Assembly: GCF_963921235.1 (NCBI RefSeq)
Contig: NC_086108.1
Span: 84,384,001-84,448,000, forward strand
Direction: 5' to 3'
From: Mobula hypostoma
Taxonomy: Eukaryota
DNA length: 64,000 nt
Shown here: positions 62,897 to 64,000 of the stretch, one piece after another
Position numbering within the stretch: position 1 is the first letter of the stretch
Layout: the number at the start of each line of letters is the position of its first letter
Made by a program: the position numbers and the translations under genes
The notes under the pieces: model-generated
What the model was told of the DNA's origin: nothing
The model's input: the letters and a program-made list of their open reading frames with translations, nothing else
The model's database searches: none

Positions 62897-63609
62897 GAAG
62901 TGGTCAATAACTTTACTGGGTGTTTTTTATAGGCCGCCCAATAGTAACAGGGATATCGAGGAGCAGATAGGGAAAAAGATCCTGGAAAGGTGTAATAATA
63001 ACAGAGTTGTTGTGATGGGAGATTTTAGTTTCCCAAATATCGATTGGCATCTCCCTAGAGCAAGGGGTTTTGATGGGGCGGAGATTGTTAGGTGTGTTCA
63101 GCAAAGTTTCTTGACACAGTATGTAGATAAGCCTACGAGGAGAGGCTATACTTGATTTGGTATTGGGAAATGTACCTGGTCAGGTGTCAGATCGCTCAGT
63201 GGCAGAGCTTATTGGAGAGTGTGATCATAATTCTATCTCCTTTACAATAGCATCGGAGAGAGATAGGAACAGACAAGTTAGAAAAGCATTTAATTGGAGT
63301 AAGGGGAATTATGAGGCTATCAGGCTGAAAATCAGAAGCTTAAATTGGGAACAGATGTTCTCAGGGAAAAGTACGGAAGAAATGTGGCAAATGTTCAGGG
63401 ATATTTGTGTGGAGTTCTGCATAGGTACGTTCCAATGAGACAGGGAAGTTATGGTAGGGTACAGGAACCGTGGTGTACAAAGGCTGTAATAAATCTAGTC
63501 AAGAAGAAAAGCTCACAAAAGATTCAAAGAGCTAGGTAATGTTAGAGATCTAAAAGATTATAAGGCTAACAGGAAGCAGCTTAAAAAGGAAATTAGGAGA
63601 GCCAGAAGG

Positions 63610-64000
63610 TAAAACATGAGCAAGCGGGACAGAAGCAAGTGCTGAGAGCCACCACCTCCACAAATGCTGCTGCTCTGAGAGTGTCGTACTTACTGGCTAG
63701 CCGTATTGCTAAGGCTAAGAAGCCTTTCACTGTTGGTGAAGAATTGATTCTGCCTGCTGCCAAGGACATGTGCCGTAAACTGTTGGGAGAAGCTGCAGCT
63801 AACAAGATAGCACAGGTTTCTCTTTCAGCTACCACAGTTTCAAGGAGAATCGATGACATAGCAGAGGACATCGAAGCACAGCTGTTGGAACAGCATAACG
63901 AGTCACCATGGTATGCTATCCAGGTCGACGAGTCTACCGATGTCGACAACAAGGCAATACTGCTGGTTTATGTGTGATGTATATTTCATAACGATGTGCA
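63610..64000 (+). pseudogene. hAT (Charlie/Buster, ZBED5/SCAND3-like) transposase fragment
   Basis: SYLLASRIAKAKKPFTVGEELILPAAKDMC...LSATTVSRRI...YAIQVDESTD; in-frame TGA at 63975-63977; runs off the window. Confidence 0.85.

Larger units (their letters stand above)
59255..63609 (+). mobile_element. CR1 LINE 5' half, split by L1 insertion
   Basis: Same family and 5' start as 49359-52336; ORFs 59518-59820, 60107-60385, 60534-60908; resumes at 62910 (YRPP, GDF, CDHN). Confidence 0.9.

Noticed and set aside
63639..63977. Host ZBED5/SCAND3-type domesticated gene
   Set aside because: Starts abruptly against a CR1 and has an in-frame TGA just after the DESTD motif; best read as a dead hAT copy.

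Overview
Eukaryotic (vertebrate) non-genic DNA made almost entirely of nested, mostly decayed transposable elements. The repeat repertoire (V-SINE/HE1-like, Deu-SINE, abundant CR1, Rex1/Babar, fish-type L1) suggests a cartilaginous fish, probably a ray or shark (inference). No host protein-coding gene, rRNA, tRNA gene or CRISPR array can be supported. Elements seen: CR1 LINEs with zinc-finger/SGNH-esterase ORF1 (near full-length copy at 3968-8910; an inverted pair at 49359-52336 and 59255-63609); a full-length L1 with 10-bp TSD (11556-18692) interrupted by a Tx1 fragment; a HERO-type RLE element with about 600 open codons; RTE, R4/Dong and Rex1/Babar LINE pieces; Gypsy pol; a probable solo LTR; a full-length Tc1; a deleted Tigger; a hAT MITE; and a hAT transposase fragment. 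The most notable structures are (i) an ORF1-only, HAL1-like non-autonomous L1 (20217-24081, 17-bp TSD) within a four-level nest RTE > L1 > Tigger > palindromic hAT MITE; (ii) a 380-bp bipartite RTE-derived element with a perfect 10-bp TSD; (iii) shared internal-promoter motifs at LINE 5' ends; and (iv) a promoter-like island near 54.3 kb. Family assignments come from motif recognition, not database searches. Boundaries without a TSD or TIR are approximate.
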